DNA from: Escherichia phage F2
Direction: 5' to 3' (one strand)
Sequence record: NC_054913.1
DNA: 64,000 bases
A program made the position numbers and the translations under genes. A model generated the notes under the pieces. It was not told where the DNA came from. It saw only the letters and a list, made by a program, of their open reading frames with translations, and did no database searches. Of this stretch, positions 51,771 through 61,651 are shown in pieces (within the stretch, counting starts at the first letter, position 1; each line of letters starts with the position of its first letter).

Positions 51771-51800
51771 TGGCCCTTCCAAAAAGGTCGGGCCTTTTTT
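51771..51800. terminator. bidirectional terminator
   Basis: Imperfect GGCCC...GGGCC hairpin flanked by T-runs on both sides, between convergent genes. Confidence 0.45.
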
Positions 51801-51802
51801 AA

Positions 51803-52036
51803 TTAGAAGTCTTCTTCCTCATCCTCATCATCGTTGCCTTCAAGTTCGGCACGCTTACCTGCTAAGGCATCCCTGACAGAAATATCATCTGTATCTTTTA
51901 ATTCCGTTTCTTTTATACGTTTCTTATAATAAGCTTCCAATTCTTCAAGCCCTTCTAAGGTATGACAACTAGCAATTTTACCCATGAATTCGTCAATAGA
52001 TGCTTCGTATAAAAATTGTTTAAATTCAAGTACCAT
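51803..52036 (-). CDS. UvsW.1-like small acidic protein
   Basis: 77 aa; immediately downstream of uvsW on the same strand; acidic C-terminus. Confidence 0.55.
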   Translation of the reverse strand: MVLEFKQFLYEASIDEFMGKIASCHTLEGLEELEAYYKKRIKETELKDTDDISVRDALAGKRAELEGNDDEDEEEDF

Positions 52037-52061
52037 TTTTATCTCCTAAGGGCCGAAGCCC

Positions 52062-53576
52062 TTATAAATTAATTGTTTTCATTACATAGTTAAATTTCTC
52101 ATCAGCGTAACGTTGGATACGATCAATACCGTGTTTTAACAAGTAATTAAGATGAGTATACTTCTTTTTAGTATTTAATGATTTAGGTTTTACACCTGCG
52201 TCATCTATGAGATCCCAAACTGTAGCAACAGCTTTAGAACCATGCTTACGAAGCACACGACCTACGGTTTGAAGTACGATAATTTTTGATTTAACACCAT
52301 GGGCGAAAATAACATGATGAAGATTCTTGACTGAAATACCAGTAGAGAATACTCCATATGATGCGACAATAATAATGCCTTTACCATTTTCTGCCATGAC
52401 TTTAAGCGCGTTACGTGTTTCAGTATCAACTTCACCTGATACGTAATAAACTTTTTCGTATCCAAGCTCTTTAATAGCTTCAAATATTTCTTTACCGTGT
52501 GTAACGTGTTTAAACATTACAAAGGCGTTCTCGTCTTTCTTAGCCAATTTGACTGAAAGTTGAGCAATCCACTTTGTACGTCGTTTTAGTCCAGTAATAA
52601 TTTTAACTTCTTCTTGGTATGTTTTACCTTTTAATTTAACGGCGAATTCGTCCGGATAACGAAGGAAAATACTATTAATCTTAAGCTCAGTTACCTGTCC
52701 GTCTTCCATTAATTTAGACGTGCTAACAGGACGGAAGATTTCGCCGAACATACCTACGTACTGCATTACATTAGCTTTTCCGTCTCTTAATGAGCCAGAT
52801 AAACCGAATTTAAACATGCAATTATTTAATCCTGAGATGATTGAAGAAATACTTTTGCCTGTGGCTAAGTGGCATTCATCGTTCATCATCATACCGAACT
52901 GAGAGAACCATTCTTTAGGCTGCTTAACTACTGTTTGCCATGTACCAACAATAATTGGAGCGTCGTTTTTAGCTCTGTCCGCTTTATCAGCACCACCGCC
53001 AATTTTCTTAATCATCGAATGACTAAACAAACGATAATCAACAAAATCATTAGCCATCTGGGTTGTCAATGCTGTTGTAGGGACGATAATGAGAATTTTA
53101 CCTTCATAGTTCTCTAGATAATATCGAGCTAAAAGTGCTTGGATTAGTGATTTACCTGCTGATGTCGGAAGGTTTAAAATTCGACGACGATTAACTAGTC
53201 CTTCGTATACTGCATCTTTTTGATACCAATGTGGTTCGATTTTGGCGTTGCCCGAATAAATTTCTTGTTTAGAAAGCCATGCGTCAAAATCTTCCCTGGT
53301 AAGGTCTTCAGTCTCAAAGATTTTAGGGTCAATCCATACAGAATAACTCATATTGTTACAGAACTTTTTTATTTGTCCTACAAGTCCATATGGTAACAAA
53401 CGGTTATAATCTAAAAGTCGAATTCTACCATCCCATTGCCCATAGCGATATTTTGGGTTAAATTTATACCCGTCAGCTTCAAAGCTAAAAAAGTCACGAA
53501 GTTCGTAAAACGTACTTTCGTCGCATTCAATGCGCACGTGACTAAAATCATAAAAATGTACTTTAATGTCAGTCAT
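52062..53576 (-). CDS. uvsW: UvsW DNA/RNA helicase (SF2)
   Basis: 504 aa; Walker A PTSAGKS, DExH-like DECH, helicase C motifs. Confidence 0.92.
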   Translation of the reverse strand: MTDIKVHFYDFSHVRIECDESTFYELRDFFSFEADGYKFNPKYRYGQWDGRIRLLDYNRLLPYGLVGQIKKFCNNMSYSVWIDPKIFETEDLTREDFDAWLSKQEIYSGNAKIEPHWYQKDAVYEGLVNRRRILNLPTSAGKSLIQALLARYYLENYEGKILIIVPTTALTTQMANDFVDYRLFSHSMIKKIGGGADKADRAKNDAPIIVGTWQTVVKQPKEWFSQFGMMMNDECHLATGKSISSIISGLNNCMFKFGLSGSLRDGKANVMQYVGMFGEIFRPVSTSKLMEDGQVTELKINSIFLRYPDEFAVKLKGKTYQEEVKIITGLKRRTKWIAQLSVKLAKKDENAFVMFKHVTHGKEIFEAIKELGYEKVYYVSGEVDTETRNALKVMAENGKGIIIVASYGVFSTGISVKNLHHVIFAHGVKSKIIVLQTVGRVLRKHGSKAVATVWDLIDDAGVKPKSLNTKKKYTHLNYLLKHGIDRIQRYADEKFNYVMKTINL

Positions 53577-53605
53577 GTCAAATTACCATGTAATAAATAT
53601 AGTTA

Positions 53606-53613
53606 TATTTATA
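53606..53613 (-). promoter_or_regulatory. late promoter TATAAATA for uvsW
   Basis: TATTTATA on plus strand, about 30 bp upstream of the uvsW start. Confidence 0.5.
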
Positions 53614-53626
53614 ATGAGGAAATATC

Positions 53627-54295
53627 ATGATCGATAAAGACTATATTGAAGAGTTACGTGCTCTTTCTGATAAAAAGGAAGCCAAAGCTAAACTGTTTGA
53701 ATATGCGGAACAATTTGGTATTAGTGTTAAGAAAACAAAATCATTCGATAATATTGTTATTGATATCGAAGAAGCTCTTAACGCACTGGCTGATGAACCA
53801 TTACCTGAAACTGATGGATTATCTATCACCGATTTAATTACTGCAGCAGATGATGTGGACGGTGTTAATTTCACCAACGAAGAAGTTAAAGAAGAAGCTA
53901 TTCTGTTGTTTGATTCTCCAACAGAACAAGTTGAAGTATTAGAAGTTGTCGAACAAGAAAAAGAATTCGACCATGATAAATTCGAAGAAGCAATTACTCA
54001 GGTTGTTGAATCTGAAAAAGAGCCTGAGGCAGAGGTAAATAAAGAAGTAAAATTTGTTCTGCCTGAAAATTTTAGTCCTACACTCATTAAATTAGGCAAA
54101 AGCCCAGGATATGTTACTGTTCCTTGGTGGATTTATCAATGGATAGCCGAAACCCCAGATTGGAAATCTCGCCCAACTAGTTTTGTGCATGCTTCTGCTC
54201 ACCAAACATTATTTAGCTTAATTTATTATATTAATCGCGATGGATCAGTTCTAATTCGTGAATCTCGTAATTCTTCTTTCGTAACATTAAAATAA
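53627..54295 (+). CDS. inh: probable Inh (prohead protease inhibitor)
   Basis: 222 aa; position adjacent to hoc as in T4; acidic central region; assignment mainly by synteny. Confidence 0.5.
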   Translation: MIDKDYIEELRALSDKKEAKAKLFEYAEQFGISVKKTKSFDNIVIDIEEALNALADEPLPETDGLSITDLITAADDVDGVNFTNEEVKEEAILLFDSPTEQVEVLEVVEQEKEFDHDKFEEAITQVVESEKEPEAEVNKEVKFVLPENFSPTLIKLGKSPGYVTVPWWIYQWIAETPDWKSRPTSFVHASAHQTLFSLIYYINRDGSVLIRESRNSSFVTLK

Positions 54296-54304
54296 GGATA
54301 ACTT

Positions 54305-55147
54305 ATGGCTTTTACAGTTGATATAACTCCTAAAACACCTACTGGAGTTATAGATGAGACTAAGCAGTTTACTGCTACTCCCAGTGGTGAAACTGGAGGT
54401 GGAACTATTACCTATGCATGGAGTGTAGACGGTGCTCCTCAAGTAGGATCGGCAGAAACTTTTGATTATATGTTAAAAGGACCTGCTGGAACAAAAACAA
54501 TTAAAGTTGTTGCAACAAATACTATTCCTGATACTGAAGCTGAAACAGCAGAAATTACTACGACTATCACGGTTAATAAGAAGACAATGAATCCACAGGT
54601 TACATTGACTCCTCCTTCTATTAACGTTCATCAAGATGCTTCGGCTACATTTACTGCTAATGTAACCGATGCTCCTGAAGAAGCGCAAATCGAATATTCA
54701 TGGAAGAAAGATTCTTCTCCTGTAGAAGGGTCAACTAATGTATATACCGTTGATACTTCATCTGTTGGAAGTCAAACTATTGAAGTTACTGCAACTATTA
54801 CTGCAACTGATTACGATAGCAAAACTATTACAGCAGAAGGTCAAGTTCAAGTGACTGATAAAGTTGCTCAAGAACCAGAAGGTGAATTACCTTATGTTCA
54901 TCCTCTTCCACATCGTACTTCAGCTTATATCTGGTGCGGTTGGTGGGTTATGGATGAAATCCAAAAAATGACTGAAGAAGGTAAAGATTGGAAAACTGAC
55001 GACCCAGATAGTAAATATTACCTGCATCGTTACACCCTTCAGAAGATGATACAAGATTATCCAGAAGTTGATGTTCAAGAATCACGTAATGGATACATCA
55101 TCCATAAAACTGCTTTAGAAACTGGTATCATCTATACCTATCCATAA
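54305..55147 (+). CDS. hoc: Hoc outer capsid decoration protein (three Ig-like domains)
   Basis: 280 aa; N-terminus MAFTVDITPKTPTGVIDETKQFTATPSG and capsid-binding C-terminus YVHPLPHRTSAYIWCGWWVMDEIQKM... match T4 Hoc as recalled. Confidence 0.9.
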   Translation: MAFTVDITPKTPTGVIDETKQFTATPSGETGGGTITYAWSVDGAPQVGSAETFDYMLKGPAGTKTIKVVATNTIPDTEAETAEITTTITVNKKTMNPQVTLTPPSINVHQDASATFTANVTDAPEEAQIEYSWKKDSSPVEGSTNVYTVDTSSVGSQTIEVTATITATDYDSKTITAEGQVQVTDKVAQEPEGELPYVHPLPHRTSAYIWCGWWVMDEIQKMTEEGKDWKTDDPDSKYYLHRYTLQKMIQDYPEVDVQESRNGYIIHKTALETGIIYTYP

Positions 55148-55151
55148 TCGT

Positions 55152-55180
55152 AAGGGGCTTCGGCCCCTTTCTTCGTTTTT
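55152..55180 (+). terminator. intrinsic terminator after hoc
   Basis: AAGGGGC-TTCG-GCCCCTT followed by TCTTCGTTTTT. Confidence 0.6.
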
Positions 55181-55234
55181 AAAGCATACAAAACACATCT
55201 TGAGATTGATGTATAATGGCACAAACCAAATGAT

Positions 55235-55441
55235 ATGGGATTGATTATGAGAGTTGAAGTTGAAGTTTATACATTACATGAGGCGGGATTTTCATTCGTA
55301 GAAATTGCTCAAAAAATCGGTTTACAACCTAAAGAAGTTGGATTACTATGGACTAAAGCCGAGACAGCTCGGTCAAAGTTTAAAGCAAAAGAAAAAGTTG
55401 TATACCGTAAACGTTTGATTAACAGAAAGGTGAAGAAATGA
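55235..55441 (+). CDS. hypothetical protein
   Basis: 68-aa ORF; weak RBS. Confidence 0.35.
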   Translation: MGLIMRVEVEVYTLHEAGFSFVEIAQKIGLQPKEVGLLWTKAETARSKFKAKEKVVYRKRLINRKVKK

Positions 55442-55689
55442 GTTTTGCACAGGAATTAAGAGAAAGGGCCCTGGCCACTAAAGCCAATTTGTTGAAAGAT
55501 TTTATTGCTAACTTCTCTGTGATGGCAGAGAAAGCCGCTGACAAAGGCCAGACACAATTTACATACTATCCGTCAAAGAATGATTTAACTATCACCGAGC
55601 AAATCGGGGAGTGGTTCCGTGATAACGGCTTTCAGTACAAAATTAATCACGACCAGCGTGATGGGCACTGGATAGAAATCAAGTTCTAG
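55438..55689 (+). CDS. hypothetical protein
   Basis: 83-aa ORF, coupled. Confidence 0.45.
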   Translation: MSFAQELRERALATKANLLKDFIANFSVMAEKAADKGQTQFTYYPSKNDLTITEQIGEWFRDNGFQYKINHDQRDGHWIEIKF

Positions 55690-55717
55690 TATGCTTTACA
55701 TTTTTTGATGGTATAAT
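55690..55717 (+). promoter_or_regulatory. candidate MotA-dependent middle promoter for rnlB
   Basis: MotA box TATGCTTTA at 55690-55698 and TATAAT 13 bp downstream. Confidence 0.45.
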
Positions 55718-55808
55718 GAATCTAGGTTCTATCCATTCAAATTAAACATTGGGTCAGAGATAGAGTCTCTGCTAATTATTTTGATATTATTATTTATAAT
55801 GGTGATTT

Positions 55809-56816
55809 ATGTTTAAGAAATACAGCAGTCTTGAAAACCACTACAACTCTAAGTTTATTGAAAAACTCTACACTAATGGTTTGACTACTGGTGTTTGGGT
55901 AGCACGTGAGAAAATCCATGGGACCAACTTCTCGTTAATAATTGAACGTGACAACGTCACATGCGCCAAGCGCACAGGCCCTATTCTTCCAGCAGAAGAT
56001 TTTTACGGCTATGAAATCGTACTCAAGAAGTATGATAAAGCTATTAAAGGTGTTCAAGAAGTCATGGAAAGTATTTCAACTTCAGTGCCGGTGTCATATC
56101 AAGTCTTTGGTGAATTCGCCGGTGGTGGAATCCAGAAAGGTGTTGACTACGGTGAAAAAGATTTTTATGTGTTCGATATCATCATAAACACGGAAAGTGA
56201 TGATACTTATTATATGAGTGATTACGAAATGCAAGATTTCTGTAATACGTTTGGTTTTAAAATGGCACCAATGCTTGGTCGTGGAACATTTGATTCTCTT
56301 ATCATGATTCCAAATGACCTTGATTCCGTCTTAGCCGCTTATAATGCTACTGCGTCAGAAGACCTTGTAGAAGCAAATAATTGTGTATTTGATGCTAATG
56401 TTATTGGCGATAATACGGCAGAAGGTTATGTTCTGAAGCCTTGTTTCCCTAAATGGCTGCCAAACGGTACTCGTGTAGCTATTAAGTGCAAGAACTCTAA
56501 ATTCAGTGAAAAGAAAAAGTCAGATAAGCCTATTAAAACTCAGGTTCCATTATCCGAAATTGACAAAAACTTGCTTGATGTTCTAGCTTGTTATGTTACA
56601 TTAAATCGTGTTAATAATGTGATTTCTAAGATTGGGACTGTAACGCCAAAAGATTTTGGCAAAGTGATGGGATTGACTGTTCAAGATATTCTGGAAGAAA
56701 CTTCTCGTGAAGGTATTGTATTAACATCATCTGATAATCCGAATCTTGTTAAGAAAGAATTAGTCCGAATGGTGCAAGATGTTCTGCGTCCTGCATGGAT
56801 TGAATTAGTATCATAA
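55809..56816 (+). CDS. rnlB: RNA ligase 2
   Basis: 335 aa (T4 Rnl2 334); adenylation motif KIHGTNFS ([14 protein letters not shown]); [20 protein letters not shown]. Confidence 0.95.
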   Translation: MFKKYSSLENHYNSKFIEKLYTNGLTTGVWVAREKIHGTNFSLIIERDNVTCAKRTGPILPAEDFYGYEIVLKKYDKAIKGVQEVMESISTSVPVSYQVFGEFAGGGIQKGVDYGEKDFYVFDIIINTESDDTYYMSDYEMQDFCNTFGFKMAPMLGRGTFDSLIMIPNDLDSVLAAYNATASEDLVEANNCVFDANVIGDNTAEGYVLKPCFPKWLPNGTRVAIKCKNSKFSEKKKSDKPIKTQVPLSEIDKNLLDVLACYVTLNRVNNVISKIGTVTPKDFGKVMGLTVQDILEETSREGIVLTSSDNPNLVKKELVRMVQDVLRPAWIELVS

Positions 56817-56820
56817 CGAA

Positions 56821-56849
56821 AAAGGGACCGTAAGGTCCCTTTGTTTTAT
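56821..56849. terminator. bidirectional terminator between rnlB and gene 24
   Basis: AAAGGGACC-GTAA-GGTCCCTTT flanked by A/T runs. Confidence 0.6.
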
Positions 56850-58129
56850 TCATCAATAATAATTTTTGGTAGCTTAACACCTAATAAAACAGACAAATCT
56901 GAACGTCCTGCCATTTTATCCATGTCCCCACCATCAATTACTCTCGCTTCTTTTTCATCTTTTGCTACTGTGTAAGGATTCGCAGATAAAGCATATCTAA
57001 CCAATAATCCGATAGATGGTTGCAAGCTTTCTGGATCAACTACGACTTTAAATGCACCGACATGTTCCGGGTCATCTAAATCTACTCCTTCAGTGTATGG
57101 AGCATAAAAGATGGACCCCACAATTTCTTTTTCGCCGATATTTTCTACAACACCCACAATAACATAATCTAACGGACTGTTGGTATCGCAGTAAAGAGGT
57201 AATCCATTTGCCAAGAATCCATAAGCATTTTGTGAAAGATACTTGTCATCTTCTGGCTTATGTTTTAACCAACCAGAAGCAGCAAGAATAGCAGCTGCAC
57301 GAGCTGAGGCTACACAAAACGTTGCAGTATAAGTTGTCTCTTTTTGAATGTGTGATACCATTTCACACACCATTCGATATAATGAACGACCTGCTTCTGG
57401 AGCGGATGCATAGCTCAAGTCAATAAATCCGGTGTCAGTAATTCCAGTAACTTTATAACGTTTCGATACAGTAATTAAAGACTGAAGAATATCTTTATTA
57501 ATTTCATCAGCCATTTCAGTAGCAAGCAAATCTTCTAAGAAGTTAGGGGCATCAAATCCATTCGCTTCCAAATCTTGCGCTAATTCAACCGTGAGGCCAG
57601 TTTTAAGTTTACGAGATTTGACTGAAGTTTGCCATTTATTAATCTGGAATCTTGCATCAGAAATTTCGCTATCAGAGCTTTCAAATTTGCTTGTTACCGC
57701 TGCATCTGAAAATAACCGTACCTTTAAATGAACGACTGCAATCTGAAGAGCTAATTCTAGATCACTTTCTTGAATATCTGCAAATGGTGTATCTTCTAAC
57801 ACTTTATAGACGATATTATTATATTTGAAAAAATCGCCTTTATTTAGTGTGACTTTTGATTCTTCTGTGAGCTCAGTAATTTTTTCTCGGTCTACATATC
57901 CAACTTCACCAGCATAAGTAGCACCAGTTTTAAATGTGAATTCGTTATCTGGGTTAAGATATTTGATACCATAAAAAGCAGCAACAGGTTGATTAGTTCT
58001 TTGTGTTGCTACAATGTCAGAATATATTAATTTAGTCGTAGCGCGAGTCAAAGCAACGAGATTTGGGCGACCGATTGAGTTGCTAGTAGACGTTGTAGAT
58101 TCACGCAATAATTTTTGGATTTTACTCAT
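56846..58129 (-). CDS. 24: gp24 head vertex protein
   Basis: 427 aa, same length as T4 gp24; capsid-fold similarity to gp23. Confidence 0.9.
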   Translation of the reverse strand: MSKIQKLLRESTTSTSNSIGRPNLVALTRATTKLIYSDIVATQRTNQPVAAFYGIKYLNPDNEFTFKTGATYAGEVGYVDREKITELTEESKVTLNKGDFFKYNNIVYKVLEDTPFADIQESDLELALQIAVVHLKVRLFSDAAVTSKFESSDSEISDARFQINKWQTSVKSRKLKTGLTVELAQDLEANGFDAPNFLEDLLATEMADEINKDILQSLITVSKRYKVTGITDTGFIDLSYASAPEAGRSLYRMVCEMVSHIQKETTYTATFCVASARAAAILAASGWLKHKPEDDKYLSQNAYGFLANGLPLYCDTNSPLDYVIVGVVENIGEKEIVGSIFYAPYTEGVDLDDPEHVGAFKVVVDPESLQPSIGLLVRYALSANPYTVAKDEKEARVIDGGDMDKMAGRSDLSVLLGVKLPKIIIDE

Positions 58130-58159
58130 TGCATTTTTTCCTTATTGAGAATATAATTT

Positions 58160-58167
58160 TATTTATA
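58160..58167 (-). promoter_or_regulatory. late promoter TATAAATA for gene 24
   Basis: TATTTATA on plus strand, about 31 bp upstream of the gene 24 start. Confidence 0.55.
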
Positions 58168-58173
58168 AAAGTG

Positions 58174-58203
58174 GTTTACACACAAAAAGTGTTGTGTTAC
58201 TAT
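58174..58203 (+). promoter_or_regulatory. early promoter
   Basis: GTTTAC at 58174-58179, TACTAT at 58198-58203. Confidence 0.55.
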
Positions 58204-58232
58204 AGACCTATCAAAACATGAGGAGATTAAAA

Positions 58233-58499
58233 ATGAACAAATTAAACTTTATCCGTACCACACTTTCTAACCTTGACAAAGACATCAAAGCTCTGGTAGA
58301 AAAATTTGGTACCAATCCTAATGGTAATGCAGTTAATGCATTGGTTAAGAAATACGAAGCCCTGGCTTATGAAACTGACTTCTGGTGGAACGGTGAATAT
58401 TCTACCCATACCAAAGACAAATCTGGTAACTGGCTGAAAATCCAAGAAAATCGTATTGACTTCCGTGATATCATCAACCGTCGTGTCAAAGCAGCGTAA
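58233..58499 (+). CDS. hypothetical protein
   Basis: ATG at 58233 after AGGAG RBS (88 aa); the track ORF starts 15 nt upstream. Confidence 0.45.
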   Translation: MNKLNFIRTTLSNLDKDIKALVEKFGTNPNGNAVNALVKKYEALAYETDFWWNGEYSTHTKDKSGNWLKIQENRIDFRDIINRRVKAA

Positions 58500-58502
58500 A
58501 TT

Positions 58503-59162
58503 ATGAATTATTTAATTTACAAAATAACCAATCTCATTAATAACAAGATTTATATTGGAGCCCATGCCACTACAGATGTTAACGATTCTTATATGGGTTC
58601 CGGGGTTAACATAGTAAAATCCATAAAGAAATACGGCTTAGAGAATTTTAAAAAGGAAATCCTTTTCAATTTCGAAACATCTGAAGAGATGTATGCTAAG
58701 GAAGCCGAACTAGTTGACGAGGCTTTTGTCATGAGAACAGATACTTATAATGCCGCCTTAGGCGGCAAGGGTAATCCTGTTATAGTAGCTTTACAGGAAC
58801 CTGGGTATCGTGAGATGTTATCCGAAAAGACAAAAGCTGGTATGACTGAAGAAGTTCGGGCCAAAATATCTAAAAAGAAATTAGGTTCTAAAGAATCTAA
58901 AGAACATCGAGAAAACAAATCTATATCAAATAAAAAGTTTTATAAAAATAGAGATTCTCATCTTAAAGGTAGAAAACTATCAGAAGAGCATAAAGCAAAA
59001 ATTAGAAAGAATTCTAATAAAGGTAAGAAATTTGTATTTGTGGATATTTCTATTAAAGGTCATGAATTTAACCACTACGATTACGCTGCCGAATTCTTTA
59101 ACGTATCCGCAAAAACTATAAGAAATTGGATTAATGAACGCGATGATTGTTTTAAGCTATAG
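58503..59162 (+). CDS. GIY-YIG homing endonuclease (Seg-like)
   Basis: 219 aa; N-terminal IYKITNLINNKIYIG...YMGSG GIY-YIG motifs, basic C-terminal DNA-binding region; inserted between capsid genes 24 and 23. Confidence 0.8.
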   Translation: MNYLIYKITNLINNKIYIGAHATTDVNDSYMGSGVNIVKSIKKYGLENFKKEILFNFETSEEMYAKEAELVDEAFVMRTDTYNAALGGKGNPVIVALQEPGYREMLSEKTKAGMTEEVRAKISKKKLGSKESKEHRENKSISNKKFYKNRDSHLKGRKLSEEHKAKIRKNSNKGKKFVFVDISIKGHEFNHYDYAAEFFNVSAKTIRNWINERDDCFKL

Positions 59163-59190
59163 AAACAAGAATGGGAGACCGGAGTCTCCC
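59161..59190 (-). terminator. terminator after gene 23
   Basis: GGGAGAC-(CCGG loop)-GTCTCCC hairpin followed by AUUCUUGUUUCU on the minus-strand transcript. Confidence 0.55.
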
Positions 59191-59219
59191 ATAAGGTTAT
59201 GTATTTTAACGTTAAAGCA

Positions 59220-60788
59220 TTAAATTCCTTTAACGTAGACGCGTCTAAAGTAAGCGTTCTTACCAAGGCTGTTCAGGATAGACGGCATACCGGACTGGAT
59301 GCGAGCACCTGGAGCCTGCAGGGAACTTTCAGCAAACGGGTTAACACCGATACCGTAACGAGTTTTAAAGCCCATTACTGGCTGGAAGTTCTTAGGATCG
59401 GAACCACGTAGTGGGGTAAGTGCAACGTAAGGAGCATAGTAAATACCTGCATCCATTTCGTTAGCGCCTTTGTAACCAACGGTGAAGTAATCCTGTTTAG
59501 CATACTGGTCGATGTATACTCGGTATTTACCACCAAGTACACCGGCAAATACAGATTTAGTAGTGTCGGTATTAAAACCAGAAGCCAGACCCTGTGCAGC
59601 ATAAGAAATACCAGTATCAACTGAAGCCAGTACGTTAACTACGTTACGGGAAGCGATAATGAAGTTACCTTCACCACGACCGGTTTGACGAGCAATTTCA
59701 ACTGCTTCTTTATCAATCTGGAACAACAGAGCTTTAAAGCTTTCACCGGCCCAACGAGCACCACGGATATCAATCGGGTCCTGGAAGTCAAATACACCAG
59801 CTTTAGAACCAACGATATTAGTCATACCAGATTTACCAACCTGAGCGGAGTAGTTAATCCAGTCAACAACTTCACGGTTGATTTCCAGCATAATTTCAGT
59901 GGCAAGAATACCGCTCAGTTCAGCATCAGCATCCATACCGTGTACTGCACGGAGGTCTTGTGCCAATTCGATGGAGTAAGCTGCTTTCAGCTGACGAGAT
60001 TTAGCTTCAATAACTTGTTTGTCGATACGGAAGCCCATTTCGTTCCACGGGTTGTCGGTAGAACCATTGAAGCCTTCCTGAAGTTCAGCGATAGAAGTAG
60101 CCATACCTTCAGCGATTTCTACCAGTACACCAGCTTCCATTTGTTTCTTAATTTCAGCATCCAGTTTAGTTGCATCGGTAGCGCCAGCATCGATTGTTAC
60201 TACAGCGGAAGCTTGTAGATACACAGTACCAGTTTCCTGGAAGAAGTGAGTATAGATATCACCTACAACGGTTTGTGTGCTAGCAGCCAGAGCTGGGAAT
60301 TTCTTAGCAGCACCCTGACCAGAGAACATCGCGTCTGGAGCATACATCGGATGGAAAGCTTCTTTAGCGTCAGCAGCGATAGGGTCTTTACCATATACTG
60401 CACGGAGAGCAAATACCTGACCGGTAGGGCTGTTCATAGGCTGAACACCACAAATATCGAAAGCGATCAGATTAGGAATAGCACGACGAACCATACCCAT
60501 AACTGCCGGCCCAATCTGGGTTACTGCACCAGAGGTTTGACCTGCTGCGATGTTCTGAGCATTATAACCATGGTCGCCACCAATTTCAGCTTCGGTCAAG
60601 AAAGAACCAAATGCCTGAGCGATTTTCTCGTCTTTATATTCAGGGGATACTTCGAAATCTTTTTCCTGGTTTTCGAAGATTTTAGCGATAATAGCCTGCT
60701 TGCTATTAGCGATTTCCGGCAGGCCTTCACCTTCCAGCAGTTCTTTCCATTTGTCTACGAGCTGAGCTTTAGTTTTGATAGTAGTCAT
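59220..60788 (-). CDS. 23: gp23 major capsid protein
   Basis: 522 aa (T4 gp23 521); recognised as T4 gp23-like along its length. Confidence 0.97.
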   Translation of the reverse strand: MTTIKTKAQLVDKWKELLEGEGLPEIANSKQAIIAKIFENQEKDFEVSPEYKDEKIAQAFGSFLTEAEIGGDHGYNAQNIAAGQTSGAVTQIGPAVMGMVRRAIPNLIAFDICGVQPMNSPTGQVFALRAVYGKDPIAADAKEAFHPMYAPDAMFSGQGAAKKFPALAASTQTVVGDIYTHFFQETGTVYLQASAVVTIDAGATDATKLDAEIKKQMEAGVLVEIAEGMATSIAELQEGFNGSTDNPWNEMGFRIDKQVIEAKSRQLKAAYSIELAQDLRAVHGMDADAELSGILATEIMLEINREVVDWINYSAQVGKSGMTNIVGSKAGVFDFQDPIDIRGARWAGESFKALLFQIDKEAVEIARQTGRGEGNFIIASRNVVNVLASVDTGISYAAQGLASGFNTDTTKSVFAGVLGGKYRVYIDQYAKQDYFTVGYKGANEMDAGIYYAPYVALTPLRGSDPKNFQPVMGFKTRYGIGVNPFAESSLQAPGARIQSGMPSILNSLGKNAYFRRVYVKGI

Positions 60789-60805
60789 TTGTGTTAACCT
60801 TTAAA

Positions 60806-61618
60806 TTAGAAACGAGATGCGACTTTCGCATATAAACTTACATTAGAATTCTGTTCTACCTGAGTTGTGGTAGTGTCAACTGCTTCGGCAACAAAATTAA
60901 GACCGGCAGCGTCATTGTCAACTGTATTTATACCTTCGGTAATAGCGGCTTCTTCTTTAGTAGAACCTTTAACCATTTCTACAATAGCAGTTAACTTAGT
61001 ACCAAATGCGTCAGAATAATCCATACCTTCAACCAGGCCAATAACTTTTTCTTTCTGAGATTCAGTCAGGTCTTTTACGCTTTCATTAATAGCGGTTTCA
61101 CGCTGAACGTAATTGATATATGCATCACGTTTGGTAACTTCTTCGAACAAACGAGCGGTTTCTTCTTTATGTTCGGCCAGCTCTTCTTCCATTTCTGCTA
61201 CAACATCTACAGATTCTTCTGGAACAACAACGTTATGTTCAACAAACAGTTCTTTCAGACCACCAAGCATGGATTCGAACAAATCAGCTTTAATGCCTTT
61301 ATCAACTGCGATTTGGTTTTCTGCGAGCCATTCTTTTGCAAGATGGTCTAGGAATTTAGAAGCTTGTTCAGCCAATTTTTTATCAGCTTTCTCTTCAGCA
61401 TCTTCTTTAGCCTTTTCAACTTCTTCTTCGGCTTTTTCGGCGATGGCTTTGATATGAGATTCAGCCAGTTTGACTGCTTCCTGCTTAACGGTGGCTTCGA
61501 ATACAGTGCTGAAATTAGCTTTAACGTCCGGAGACAGTTCTACTGATTCGAAAACACTATTAAGAGCAACTGAAGTCTCGATGTTTTGAGCTTCTTTCAA
61601 AAGTTGTTCTTTGATCAT
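60806..61618 (-). CDS. 22: gp22 prohead core scaffold protein
   Basis: 270 aa (T4 269); acidic coiled-coil composition; synteny. Confidence 0.9.
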   Translation of the reverse strand: MIKEQLLKEAQNIETSVALNSVFESVELSPDVKANFSTVFEATVKQEAVKLAESHIKAIAEKAEEEVEKAKEDAEEKADKKLAEQASKFLDHLAKEWLAENQIAVDKGIKADLFESMLGGLKELFVEHNVVVPEESVDVVAEMEEELAEHKEETARLFEEVTKRDAYINYVQRETAINESVKDLTESQKEKVIGLVEGMDYSDAFGTKLTAIVEMVKGSTKEEAAITEGINTVDNDAAGLNFVAEAVDTTTTQVEQNSNVSLYAKVASRF

Positions 61619-61638
61619 TTTAGTGTCCTGTGGTTTAG

Positions 61639-61646
61639 ATTACATT
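61639..61646 (-). promoter_or_regulatory. late promoter TATAAATA for gene 22
   Basis: TATTTATA on plus strand, about 21 bp upstream of the gene 22 start. Confidence 0.5.
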
Positions 61647-61651
61647 ATTAT

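Noticed and set aside
51576-51782. 68-aa minus-strand ORF in the uvsY-uvsW intergenic region
   Set aside because: Overlaps a plus-strand small ORF that has a strong AGGAGG RBS and a TATAAATA promoter; the minus-strand frame lacks both.
59685-60797. Plus-strand ORFs of 177 and 183 aa opposite gene 23
   Set aside because: Antisense to the major capsid gene; no start signals and biased composition.
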